Source of the DNA: Obrimoposthia wandeli
Taxonomy: Eukaryota
Direction: 5' to 3'
Assembly: GCA_977020255.1 (NCBI GenBank)
Contig: CDROCS010000506.1
Location: 2,356,001 to 2,420,000, forward strand
DNA: 64,000 nucleotides
This document shows, piece by piece, positions 43,627 through 53,842 of the stretch. The first letter of the stretch is position 1. The number at the start of each line of letters is the position of its first letter. The position numbers and the translations under genes are program-made. Under the pieces are notes generated by a model, which saw only the letters and a list, made by a program, of their open reading frames with translations, made no database searches and had not been told where the DNA came from.

Positions 43627-44508
43627 TTAATTCATTAATGTATCTAGTGCTGTTTGAGAAGGGGCAAACCAGTATGATCCTGTTACCGCATCTGAATAAT
43701 CAATCAATCTATCAGTGACGCCGTCTGGAATTCCGTACATACGTTGTAACTGAGTGGTAAAGCGTAATTGATCACATGCGAATGCTAAAAAGTATAGTCC
43801 GTGTTCCGATGCGTTACCATATGGCGAGCTGCGACGGTAGATTTTCATACCCGAGACATCGGTGCGGCTGACGTGTGAATTTGCTGGCATAGCATCACCA
43901 GATAATTCGACATCATCTTCTTTCGTTCGGCCTACAACCGCTTCTTGTTCTGGTACTTGCATCGCATTGAAACTGCTTAGATCATGTACCCATTTTTGTG
44001 ATAATACAAAGCTACCACCCGCACCTGATTGTCCTTCTGGGATCAATGACGCTACTTGACGCGCGTCTTCTTTAGGATTACCTGTACCGTCGACAAAACC
44101 AATTAGATCACGATTTTTGTGGTATTGGAAACCAGAGATATCTAACTGGGTATCAGCAATTTTAGTCAGTGCTGATTGGATATGAAATGCTTGTTCCAAG
44201 GTATGGCTGGCATTATCACTGTGGATCCAAAACATGACATCGCCTTGGTTTGCGAGTGCTTTTTTACCGTGCGGGCTGGCGATTTCGGTAAAATCGTTAA
44301 ATAACGGCAATTCAAGATCCGGTAATAACGTATTTGTGGTACTACGGCCAAAGGCAATCACGATATTGATATCGTCAGTTTGCTTCGTTAATGCTGCTTG
44401 TAGTGCTTGCTGAATATTGGCTAAGTAAACATCGTCTTTAAATTTGTACTCTAAATGATGGCAGCTTTGGCTTTGTTCGTTAAAAATAGCAATTTGTGGT
44501 TGGAACAT
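43627..44508 (-). CDS. Dyp-type peroxidase
   Basis: GFVDGTGNP (GxxDG), proximal His (SHV), RRSSPYG. ATG 44508 has an AAGGAG RBS. Confidence 0.9.
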   Translation of the reverse strand: MFQPQIAIFNEQSQSCHHLEYKFKDDVYLANIQQALQAALTKQTDDINIVIAFGRSTTNTLLPDLELPLFNDFTEIASPHGKKALANQGDVMFWIHSDNASHTLEQAFHIQSALTKIADTQLDISGFQYHKNRDLIGFVDGTGNPKEDARQVASLIPEGQSGAGGSFVLSQKWVHDLSSFNAMQVPEQEAVVGRTKEDDVELSGDAMPANSHVSRTDVSGMKIYRRSSPYGNASEHGLYFLAFACDQLRFTTQLQRMYGIPDGVTDRLIDYSDAVTGSYWFAPSQTALDTLMN

Positions 44509-44568
44509 GCCAACTCCTTTCAATGCCGAACCAATCTAATCGTTTAGACTGGTCCGAAAATATATTAA

Positions 44569-46359
44569 TTAAATAGCGTGGGTAGCTTGAGATAGCCACT
44601 GTAAATCAGAACCGCTTAACAATGGTGATAATGCGTCACGTACTTGGGTGTGATAAGCATTGATCCAGTTTACTTCGTCTTGTGAGAGTAGTTGTTGATC
44701 TATCAAGTGCAAATCAAAAGGAACCAAGGTTAATGTTTCAAACTCATAAAATGTTTTACCATCATGGCCATTGTCTTTTTCGACAACATAAATCAAGTTC
44801 TCACAACGAATACCGTATTCATCTTGTTTGTAATAACCCGGTTCATTCGATACCACCATACCAGGTAGTAATGCGACACCATTTGAGTTTTTACCAATGC
44901 GATGTGGCCCTTCGTGAACGTTAAGGAAACAACCCACACCATGGCCAGTACCGTGGTCGTAGTCATAACCTTGCTGCCATAAGAATTGACGGGCTAATGA
45001 ATCCAGTTGACCACCGTTCGTGCCAGCTGGAAATTTCATGTTAGCCAGGGCTATATGACCTTTTAATACCAAGGTGAACATTTTTTTATGTTCTGCGCTC
45101 GGTGTGCCAATCGCTACAGTACGGGTAATATCCGTTGTACCATCAAGGTACTGCGCACCTGAATCAAACAGGTAAATACTGTCCATTGGCAGTTGTGCTG
45201 GTACGCCATTATTATGATTGTAATGACACATAGCCGCATTACCACCGGCTGCCGAAATAGTATCAAAACTTAATTCCACGAAATGCTCGTTCGATGCGCG
45301 GAAAGTGGTTAGTTTGTCAGAAAGGAAACCTTCGTCATGCAAATTACCCGCAGCGACTTCTTGTTGTAACCAGTTAAGGAATCGAACTTCTGAAGCGCCA
45401 TCGCGGATATGTGATGCACGCATACCTGACAATTCCACGGTATTTTTACAGGCTCTTGGTAACGCTACTGGATCATCGCCAGCAATTAAGGTTGCGCCTG
45501 CACGTTGTGCTGTTAACTGGCTGAAAGCATTTGATGCCTCTGGGTCGGCTAATACTGTTAACTGTTGTTCACCGAGTGCTTGGTAAGTTGCGGTAGCTTG
45601 TGCTTCTTCGATAATTTCAACACCAGCACCCACATGTTCATGGAATCCAGCTGGAATTTTTGCTGGGTTGGTAAAGAACGACATTGAACCATCTTTACGT
45701 AATATGGCACTACCAAGAATAACGCAGAAACAATGGATGTCTTTACCGCGGATATTCAACAACCAAGCAATCGAGTCTAATGCGCTAATCAGTACGGCGT
45801 CCGCACCTTGTTTCGCGATATCAGCACCGATTTGTTGACGTTTTTCTAGGCTTGATTGACCTGTGTATTTTTCATCAAGTAATAAACCGAGGTTTTCAGT
45901 CGGAGTGGGTCTATCTGCCCAACTTAAATCAACTGGATTTTGGTCAACAGCAACTAAGTTAATCTGCTTTGCAGCTAAGGTTTTTTCACTGGCATTGTGC
46001 CAATTTAAATTATGAACTTTAGCGTCATAGCCAACATTGGCATTTGCAGGTAACTGTTCACTTAACCAAGCGACATGCGGTACTTCATTTAAGTGATAAA
46101 ACTCAAAGCATTCACCGCTGACTTGTTGTTTTACTTGGATGGTATAGCGCCCATCAGTAAATATAGCCGCGCGATCTTTTAAAATGATCACTGTTCCTGC
46201 AGAACCGGTAAAGTTACTGCACCATAATAAACGTTCGTTATGTGCTGGTACATATTCGCCAAGGTACTCATCTGCACGGGGTATGATAAAGGCATCTAAG
46301 TTTGCGGCACTCATGTGTGCGCGTATTGCTGCTAATTTCTGTTCTATTGCTTGAGGCAT
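44569..46359 (-). CDS. Xaa-Pro aminopeptidase (M24B, long form)
   Basis: FTGSAG, TDGRY, DSGAQYLDGTTDITRT, HGTGHGVG, HEGP, NEPG and GIRCEN. Confidence 0.92.
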   Translation of the reverse strand: MPQAIEQKLAAIRAHMSAANLDAFIIPRADEYLGEYVPAHNERLLWCSNFTGSAGTVIILKDRAAIFTDGRYTIQVKQQVSGECFEFYHLNEVPHVAWLSEQLPANANVGYDAKVHNLNWHNASEKTLAAKQINLVAVDQNPVDLSWADRPTPTENLGLLLDEKYTGQSSLEKRQQIGADIAKQGADAVLISALDSIAWLLNIRGKDIHCFCVILGSAILRKDGSMSFFTNPAKIPAGFHEHVGAGVEIIEEAQATATYQALGEQQLTVLADPEASNAFSQLTAQRAGATLIAGDDPVALPRACKNTVELSGMRASHIRDGASEVRFLNWLQQEVAAGNLHDEGFLSDKLTTFRASNEHFVELSFDTISAAGGNAAMCHYNHNNGVPAQLPMDSIYLFDSGAQYLDGTTDITRTVAIGTPSAEHKKMFTLVLKGHIALANMKFPAGTNGGQLDSLARQFLWQQGYDYDHGTGHGVGCFLNVHEGPHRIGKNSNGVALLPGMVVSNEPGYYKQDEYGIRCENLIYVVEKDNGHDGKTFYEFETLTLVPFDLHLIDQQLLSQDEVNWINAYHTQVRDALSPLLSGSDLQWLSQATHAI

Positions 46360-46630
46360 CTTGCTGTCCGGTTTGTCATGTTACCTGACGCGATGTGCTG
46401 CGTTTTATAGGATCATGTTCTGGTTATAGAAAGAGAGAGTACTGAAACATTAACCTGTTAGGGTTTATATATGCAAGAGGAGGTAATGGGGATTGTGATA
46501 TTTTCAGTAATTATATAGTGATTAAGTCATTATTTACGGCTTTATTTATCTTTGCTGGTGGCTGATTTTAGTTTAGCTTGCTGATCAGCCACCCATTTCG
46601 AAAGTAAAGAGTAGAAGGTTAAGAGTGTTA

Positions 46631-47536
46631 TTATTTGGCTGTCGCGATACGACGCTTGTTACGCCAGTTGATTTGTTGGATCACAAGCCCGACGATAATC
46701 GTTACTAAACCGACAAAGGTGGAAGGATGGATCTCTTCACCGACAATCGCGCTGAGTAGGAACAATGAGATAAACGGCGAGATGAATATCAAATTACTGA
46801 CCTGTGCGGTATTCGTCGCTAACTTAATTGCCATTAACCATAATACAAATGAAATGCCCATCTCAAATAAACCGATATAAACCGCCCCTAAAACACCTTC
46901 TACAGAACTAAAATCAAAATCAGCCAACACCGCGGTTGCGACTAAGGTAAACGGTAAACTTAATAAAAATCCCAGTAATAAGCTAATAATCGGGTCATTG
47001 TTGTTCTTGGCATTGATGATCCAGTAACTGGCCCAAATAATGGTACTCAACAGTGCCAACATAACCCCAAGTGGGCTCTCAAAGTTAAGTCCGAGTAGAT
47101 CACCTTTAGTGGCAATGATTAGCGCTCCCGTATAGCTGAATAAAATAGCTATCCAGTCTTTTTTACGGATCTTGTGTCCTAAAAATGGCACGGATAATAG
47201 TGTTAAGGTGATCGCCCATGTGTAGTTTAATGCCTGTGCTTGTGAGGCCGGCAATAAGTCATAAGCTTTAAATAACACCAAGTAATACAGAAACGGATTA
47301 ATTACGCCTAGCGTTAAATAAAATAGCGGCTGTTTAACAAAGTATTGTTTAAGTAGGTGCATTTTTTTCTGTTGAAAGGCTATACCGGTAAGTAACACAA
47401 TACTGGTGAGTGAGGCAATCAATACCATTTGAATCGGTTCGAAATGACTAAGCGTAATTTTAAATGCAGAGGCCACGGTGGACCAGAGTAAGACGGTTAT
47501 CAAACCGAACAGCATGGCTTTCTTTTGATTTTTCAT
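46631..47536 (-). CDS. DMT/EamA family transporter
   Basis: LWSTVASAFK, AQALNYTW, about 10 TM helices. Confidence 0.88.
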   Translation of the reverse strand: MKNQKKAMLFGLITVLLWSTVASAFKITLSHFEPIQMVLIASLTSIVLLTGIAFQQKKMHLLKQYFVKQPLFYLTLGVINPFLYYLVLFKAYDLLPASQAQALNYTWAITLTLLSVPFLGHKIRKKDWIAILFSYTGALIIATKGDLLGLNFESPLGVMLALLSTIIWASYWIINAKNNNDPIISLLLGFLLSLPFTLVATAVLADFDFSSVEGVLGAVYIGLFEMGISFVLWLMAIKLATNTAQVSNLIFISPFISLFLLSAIVGEEIHPSTFVGLVTIIVGLVIQQINWRNKRRIATAK

Positions 47537-47712
47537 GGGTACCAATTTTGAGAGGGAGGTAAATGCGTGCTAGCAGTGTAATCGGCAAATTTATTCAGAT
47601 CTAGTGTTTCATGCGGGATAACTGATATTCAAATCATGAAGTAGTGGCTTAAAGTGATAACGTACGTTTAAGTCACTACTTGGTTTACTGTCATAATGTT
47701 AAAACACCGAGG

Positions 47713-49737
47713 TTAGAAAGCGTATTCCTCGGCAACTTCGGTTAATTTATCTGCCACGGTTAATAAGTTATGGGCTGATTGTGTTGCGCCTGTCGCCACG
47801 GAACGTGCAGAATCTGCACCGGCTGAAACATTACTGACATTACGTTCAATTTCTGCAGCCGCCAGGCTTTGCTCTTCAATCGCACTGGCAATCTGATCGT
47901 TAATGGCGACTATTTTATCGACGGATAAGGTGATGGCTTCAAATGTATTAGAGGCCTCTTTGGCTTGCATGACACCCATGTTGGCTTGTTCTCTGCCTAC
48001 TGCCATGACTTTAACCGATTCTTTTGCCCCTGATTGTACACGCTCAATCATCACTTGAATTTCATTAGTCGATTGTTGAGTGCGGCTAGCTAACGTTCTT
48101 ACTTCATCGGCGACAACGGCAAAACCACGGCCTTGCTCTCCGGCTCTGGCTGCTTCAATAGCGGCATTAAGCGCAAGTAAATTAGTTTGATCGGCAATAC
48201 TTCTGATCACTTCAACAACACCACCAATATCGGCGCAATGATTTTCTAATTTTTGAATCGTTTGGCTTGATGTTTCGACCTCTGATGCAATGGCATTAAT
48301 GGCGATAATAGTCTGATCAACCACTTGTTTACCCTCTAATACAGCTCGCTCTGCATCGTGGGTCGCACCTGTCGCATCATTGGCGTTAGCGGCCATATCT
48401 GTTGATGTTGCGGCCATGAGTTTAATCGCAGCTGCAATCTGGTGGGTTTCTGTTTGCTGTGCGGTGATGGTTGTTTCCGCTGAATTGGTCTTATCTTTAA
48501 TGTCTTGCACCGAGCTATGTACATCGACCGCACTGCTATTGAGTTGTTTGACCAAGGTACGCATGCCATCAATGGTGCTGTTAAAGTGCTGGGCAATAAT
48601 GGCTAATTCATCACTACTAATAATTTTTACGTTCTCGGACAAATCACCATTAGAGACATTTTGTGCAACGCGACTAATACTGCGGATGGTTTCTGTTAGC
48701 GAGATATAAATACTTAATAAGATCACCACACAAACTACGAATAAGATAATGAGAATGGTATAGAAAATATTGAGTTCGTTATTTTTTTCACTCAATCTAA
48801 CCGTTATTTCATTACCTAGAGTATTAAAGGCAACTTGATACAAAATGTCGATTTTCAGTTGTAACTCATCGCCCAAACGGTAAAGCGTATTTGGGTCAAT
48901 TTTGATCTCGGCGGATACGGTATTAATTAACTGACGGTCAAGTAAATCTTCGAGCGTCGCCATGGTTGTTTTGATCTGATTTAGTGGGGTAATTAAAATA
49001 TCATTATAACTTGGGTTGATGGCGACGAGTGCTTGCACATCATTATCCGTAGCTGAAAAAATAATGCTAAGTTGATCGATTCGGCGACTTAAATCATCAA
49101 AACTAGTGGCGGTAAAGGTGGCAAATGCAGCTGTTTCAGCGGCTTTGTCTGTCACTTGATAAGTAGAATCGAGTAATCTAGGCAGTTGGGTTTGCGTCAA
49201 ATTAATGAGGTAATAACTGCTCAGGTGCGAATCAAATAATAACTTACTTTCACTGTTGATCTCACGCGTACCAATACGCAAATTTTCTAACATTAAATCG
49301 ATAGCGTAAAAAATTTCTTCAGGTAATAAAAAATCACTGTCCGCTTTTAATTGTAGCCAATCGGCGGTTATTTTATCAAATGCAGATAGTTGTAGCCCTG
49401 TCGCAGCAGTGTAATTGCGGTAATACTGATTAAAGGTATTCTCTGCAAGTGATTGCGCTTGTTCTATCTTGTCATCTCCAGGCTCAAGTTCTGCGACTTC
49501 TAGACTTAATAAATGGCGATATTCAATTAGTTTATTAGCGACTTCAGGCAAGGCTTGTAATAATTGATAACCTTGTAGTTCAGATTCTGCGAAGGCGATA
49601 TCTTTTTGTGTTTGCGAGATAATTGTAAATGAAAAAAATACAATCGGTGTAGCCAGTAATAAGATCACTAAACCAAACTTTTTCTGAAATGATAACCGGC
49701 TAATCAAGTAGGTGATTGGCTGCAATAATGTGCCCAT
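47713..49737 (-). CDS. Methyl-accepting chemotaxis protein
   Basis: TM-periplasmic-TM-HAMP layout; signalling hairpin [31 protein letters not shown]. Confidence 0.95.
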   Translation of the reverse strand: MGTLLQPITYLISRLSFQKKFGLVILLLATPIVFFSFTIISQTQKDIAFAESELQGYQLLQALPEVANKLIEYRHLLSLEVAELEPGDDKIEQAQSLAENTFNQYYRNYTAATGLQLSAFDKITADWLQLKADSDFLLPEEIFYAIDLMLENLRIGTREINSESKLLFDSHLSSYYLINLTQTQLPRLLDSTYQVTDKAAETAAFATFTATSFDDLSRRIDQLSIIFSATDNDVQALVAINPSYNDILITPLNQIKTTMATLEDLLDRQLINTVSAEIKIDPNTLYRLGDELQLKIDILYQVAFNTLGNEITVRLSEKNNELNIFYTILIILFVVCVVILLSIYISLTETIRSISRVAQNVSNGDLSENVKIISSDELAIIAQHFNSTIDGMRTLVKQLNSSAVDVHSSVQDIKDKTNSAETTITAQQTETHQIAAAIKLMAATSTDMAANANDATGATHDAERAVLEGKQVVDQTIIAINAIASEVETSSQTIQKLENHCADIGGVVEVIRSIADQTNLLALNAAIEAARAGEQGRGFAVVADEVRTLASRTQQSTNEIQVMIERVQSGAKESVKVMAVGREQANMGVMQAKEASNTFEAITLSVDKIVAINDQIASAIEEQSLAAAEIERNVSNVSAGADSARSVATGATQSAHNLLTVADKLTEVAEEYAF

Positions 49738-49979
49738 AAAAATATCCTTATCAATATGGTGAGGTGCTGTAAGCCTGCGAAGTATGGTTGATTGGCTAAT
49801 GCCAAAGCATGGATAATATAGCTAGTTGTTGAATGAATGTTAAGCATTTTGTGTGCGGATTTAACAAGAGATAAGTCGTTTCGTGATCTATAGGGGCAGA
49901 TCGAGGGATATTGTTGAAATTTAAGGGGAGTAAATTGATGTGCACATCAATTATATGCACATCAGAATAGACGCTTAGT

Positions 49980-51331
49980 TTAGCGCATGGTAACAAACTC
50001 TTCCGAGCCTGTTGGATGGATAGCGACAACACTATCGAAATCAGCTTTTGTTGCGCCCATTTTCATCGCGACACCAAAACCTTGGATCATTTCGTCTACA
50101 GCAAAACCAATACCGTGTAGACCTACAACCGTTTCATTTTCACCAGCGCAAACTAGTTTCATTTTACAAGGTTGGCGGTTTGAAGTGATTGCAGTGTACA
50201 TAGCGGTAAAACCTGATTGGTATACTTTTACGTTTTCTTCACCATATTGTGCAATCGCTTCTGGTTCTGTTAAACCGATTGTACCAATTGGCGGGTGGCT
50301 AAACACAACTGTTGGGATTAGTGTGTAATCCATTTTCGCCGTTGTTTTACCGTTAAACAGACGTTCTGATAATTGACGACCCGCTTTAACTGCAACAGGT
50401 GTTAGTTCAACGCCGCCTTCCATGATGTCACCAACACAGTAGATACCATCAACATTGGTATTTTGGTATTCGTCGACTTTGATGTAACCACGATCATTGG
50501 TTTCAACGCCAGTCGCTGCAAGATTAATCTTGTCGGTAGAAGGGTGACGACCAATAGCCCAGATTAGCGTATCAACATTTTGTGATTCACCGTTCTCAAG
50601 GTGCAGCGTGATAGAGCCATCAGCTTCTTTTACTACTTCTTTTGGTACTGAGTTGGTGTGTAATGTAGGACCTTCGGTATTCATTACATCAACAAGCGTT
50701 TCAATGACCATAGGATCAAAGCTACGTAGTGGTGATTCTTTACGAACAAATGTGTTTCAGTGCCTAGACCGTGTAATACACCCGCTAATTCAACGGCAAT
50801 GTAACCGGCACCGATAACAGCAACGCGTTTTGGTTGTGTTGTTAATTCAAAGAAACCATTTGAATCAATACCGTGTTCAGCACCAGGTACATTCGGAATT
50901 GTTGGTGCGCCGCCAGTCGCGATTAGGATATGATCGGCCGTGTATGTTTCGCCGTTTACTTTGACTGTATTTTTGTCTTCAAAAGTCGCGAAACCTTTGA
51001 TCACAGTTACCTTGTTATTACCAAGTACATTGTCATAAGAAGTATGAATACGGCTAATATAGGCTTCACGTGCCGCGACTAGTTTACCCCAATCAAGGCC
51101 TTTATTTTCTACATCAAAGCCATAGTCTTTTGCATAAAGGTGCATTGCTTCTGCGATTTGAGCACCGTGCCACATTACTTTTTTCGGTACGCAACCAACA
51201 TTCACACAAGTACCACCTAGCGCATTCGCTTCGATGATGGCAACTTTTTTACCGTACATTGAGGCTCTGTTTGCAGATGCAATACCGCCGCTACCACCAC
51301 CAATGGCAATATAATCAAAATGCTGTGACAT
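49980..51331 (-). pseudogene. gor: Glutathione-disulfide reductase, frameshifted near 50750
   Basis: The N-half has GGGSGG and CVNVGC; the C-half has HPTGSEEFV. The halves are in different frames, and the expected [16 protein letters not shown] is split at about 50748-50751. Confidence 0.85.
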
Positions 51332-51526
51332 ATTCATAGTCCTTAATTGAGAAGATGAGCTTATTATATGACTAAGTTCATGCTGTTGTTTTGTAATAAA
51401 GCTAATTACACAGTTTAAACTGAATTGAGAGATATTATTAGTAGGTAAAGCCATTCACGGTCATTACTTTTACCTATCAATGCTAAATCTGATGCGCCCG
51501 ACACGTGTCGATATTTACTCGCTATA

Positions 51527-51553
51527 CTTGAAATTATCATTTTATAGCCGCAT
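51527..51553 (+). promoter_or_regulatory. Sigma32-like promoter of prlC
   Basis: CTTGAA-15 bp-CCGCAT; prlC/opdA is heat-shock regulated in enterobacteria. Confidence 0.6.
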
Positions 51554-51588
51554 TAACTAATTAATATCATTATAAATAGGATGACTCT

Positions 51589-53628
51589 ATGACTAACCCA
51601 CTTTTAACTATGACAGGCTTGCCCCCGTTCGCGAGTATTAAACCCGAGCATATCGTGCCAGCAGTAACACAAGCTATTGCTGACTGTGAAGCGGCTATTG
51701 TTAACGTATTAGCTAATGATGATGCCGTTACTTGGGCTAACTTGGTTGCGCCTTTAGAAGAAAGTGATGACAGGTTAGGTCGTGTTTGGTCGCCTATCGG
51801 TCACTTGAATGCGGTTGTGAGCAGTGATGACCTTCGAGAAGCACATGATGCTTGCTTACCATTATTGTCTGAATATTCAACTAAAGTTGGACAGAACCAA
51901 GGATTATTTTTAGCTTACCAACAATTACATGACAGCAGTGAATTTGCCACCTTATCGACCGCGCAACAAAAAGTTCTCACCAATGCACTGCGTGATTTTA
52001 GATTGTCCGGTATTGATTTAGTCAATGAAGATAAACAGCGTTATGGTGAAATATCGAAACGCATGTCAAAGCTGACATCAACATTTAGTAACAATGTTAT
52101 GGATGCAACGTTAGGTTGGCAGAAAGAGATCACCGACGAAGCATTACTTATTGGTTTGCCTGAGTCTGCCAAAGCGGCAGCCAAAGCAACAGCAGAAAGT
52201 AAATCATTAACAGGTTATCTGTTCACGTTAGATTTCCCAAGCTACTTGCCTGTGATGATGTACTCTGAAAATAGAGAATTACGTCGTGAAGTGTATGAAG
52301 CATTCTGTACCCGTGCGTCTGATGTAGGCCCGAATGCTGGAAAGTGGGATAACTCAGCGGTAATGGATGAGATTATCGCATTGCGTCATGAACTTGCTGA
52401 ATTACTTGGCTTTGCTAACTTTGCAGAAAAATCGTTAGCGACGAAAATGGCAGAGACGCCAGAGCAAGTGATTGAGTTCTTAACCGACCTTGCTGATAAA
52501 TCAGTGTCACAAGCAGATGTTGAACTGGCTGAAATCCAAGCATTCGCCAAAGATAACTTTATGGCGAAAGATCTAGAAGCATGGGATCTCACATTTTATG
52601 CGGAAAAACTGAAACAAGCCAAATACACAATCTCAGATGAAGAGTTACGCCCATATTTCCCTGAAGATCGTGTCGTTAAAGGCATGTTTGAAGTGGTTAA
52701 GCGTTTATTTGGCCTTAATATTATTGAAGAACTCGGTGCTGATTCTTGGCATAAAGACGTACGCTTTTTTGAGATCTTCGATGAAGCAGGCGAGTTACGT
52801 GGTAGTTTTTATCTAGACCTGTATGCGCGTGAACATAAACGTGGCGGTGCTTGGATGAATGATTGTCTAACACATCGTATTAAAGCGGATGGCGAACTGC
52901 AAAAGCCTGTTGCTTACTTAACGTGTAACTTTAATAAACCGATTGGCGATACGCCTGCGCTGTTTACCCATAATGAAGTGACGACATTATTCCATGAATT
53001 TGGTCATGGCTTACACCATATGTTAACGAAAGTTATCCCTGCTGCAGTATCTGGTATTAACGGCGTGCCTTGGGATGCAGTTGAGCTACCAAGTCAGTTT
53101 ATGGAAAACTGGTGTTGGCAAGAAGAGGCATTAGCCTTTATTTCTGGCCATTATGAAACAGATGAACCATTACCTCAAGCAATGCTAGAAAAACTACTTG
53201 CGGCTAAGAACTTTAATTCCGCGATGGGCATGCTACGACAAATTGAATTTAGTTTATTCGATTTCCGTATGCACATGGAATATAACCCTGCACAAGGTTC
53301 AAATATTCAATCAGTACTCAATTCGGTACGTGAGAAAGTGTCGGTATTACAGGCGCCAGCGTTTAATCGCTTCCAAAATGGCTTCTCACATATCTTTGCT
53401 GGTGGTTATGCGGCGGGTTATTATAGCTATAAATGGGCCGAAGTACTTTCAGCCGATGCATTTTCGCGTTTTGAAGAAGAGGGGATCTTTAATGCAGAAA
53501 CAGGTCGTGACTTTATGAGTTGTGTACTTGAACGCGGTGGCAGTGATACACCAATGTCATTATTTGTGAAGTTCCGCGGGCGCAAACCAAGTACATACGC
53601 ATTATTAAATCATTCAGGCATTAGCTAA
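51589..53628 (+). CDS. prlC: Oligopeptidase A (M3)
   Basis: HEFGH zincin motif, KRGGAWM, WDAVELPSQ and YYSYKWAEVL. Confidence 0.96.
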   Translation: MTNPLLTMTGLPPFASIKPEHIVPAVTQAIADCEAAIVNVLANDDAVTWANLVAPLEESDDRLGRVWSPIGHLNAVVSSDDLREAHDACLPLLSEYSTKVGQNQGLFLAYQQLHDSSEFATLSTAQQKVLTNALRDFRLSGIDLVNEDKQRYGEISKRMSKLTSTFSNNVMDATLGWQKEITDEALLIGLPESAKAAAKATAESKSLTGYLFTLDFPSYLPVMMYSENRELRREVYEAFCTRASDVGPNAGKWDNSAVMDEIIALRHELAELLGFANFAEKSLATKMAETPEQVIEFLTDLADKSVSQADVELAEIQAFAKDNFMAKDLEAWDLTFYAEKLKQAKYTISDEELRPYFPEDRVVKGMFEVVKRLFGLNIIEELGADSWHKDVRFFEIFDEAGELRGSFYLDLYAREHKRGGAWMNDCLTHRIKADGELQKPVAYLTCNFNKPIGDTPALFTHNEVTTLFHEFGHGLHHMLTKVIPAAVSGINGVPWDAVELPSQFMENWCWQEEALAFISGHYETDEPLPQAMLEKLLAAKNFNSAMGMLRQIEFSLFDFRMHMEYNPAQGSNIQSVLNSVREKVSVLQAPAFNRFQNGFSHIFAGGYAAGYYSYKWAEVLSADAFSRFEEEGIFNAETGRDFMSCVLERGGSDTPMSLFVKFRGRKPSTYALLNHSGIS

Positions 53629-53842
53629 CACAATCGATAACTTGCTAGAACTGATAGGTTGTAGCGGTTATCGTTCGGTTTTGATTTTAAAATAGTGGTA
53701 AATTGTGTATTATCTTGGCGTGATATTTACCACTGTATTTTTAGTGCTAAAGTATTACTATAGTTCTAAATGAGCTGTAGTAATAATTGAAAGGATATCA
53801 ATATTCTGTAGCTAAACTAATCGAATTCGTGGACAAGGATGT

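Noticed and set aside
43627-44508. DyP peroxidase as encapsulin cargo
   Set aside because: No adjacent encapsulin gene and no C-terminal targeting extension.
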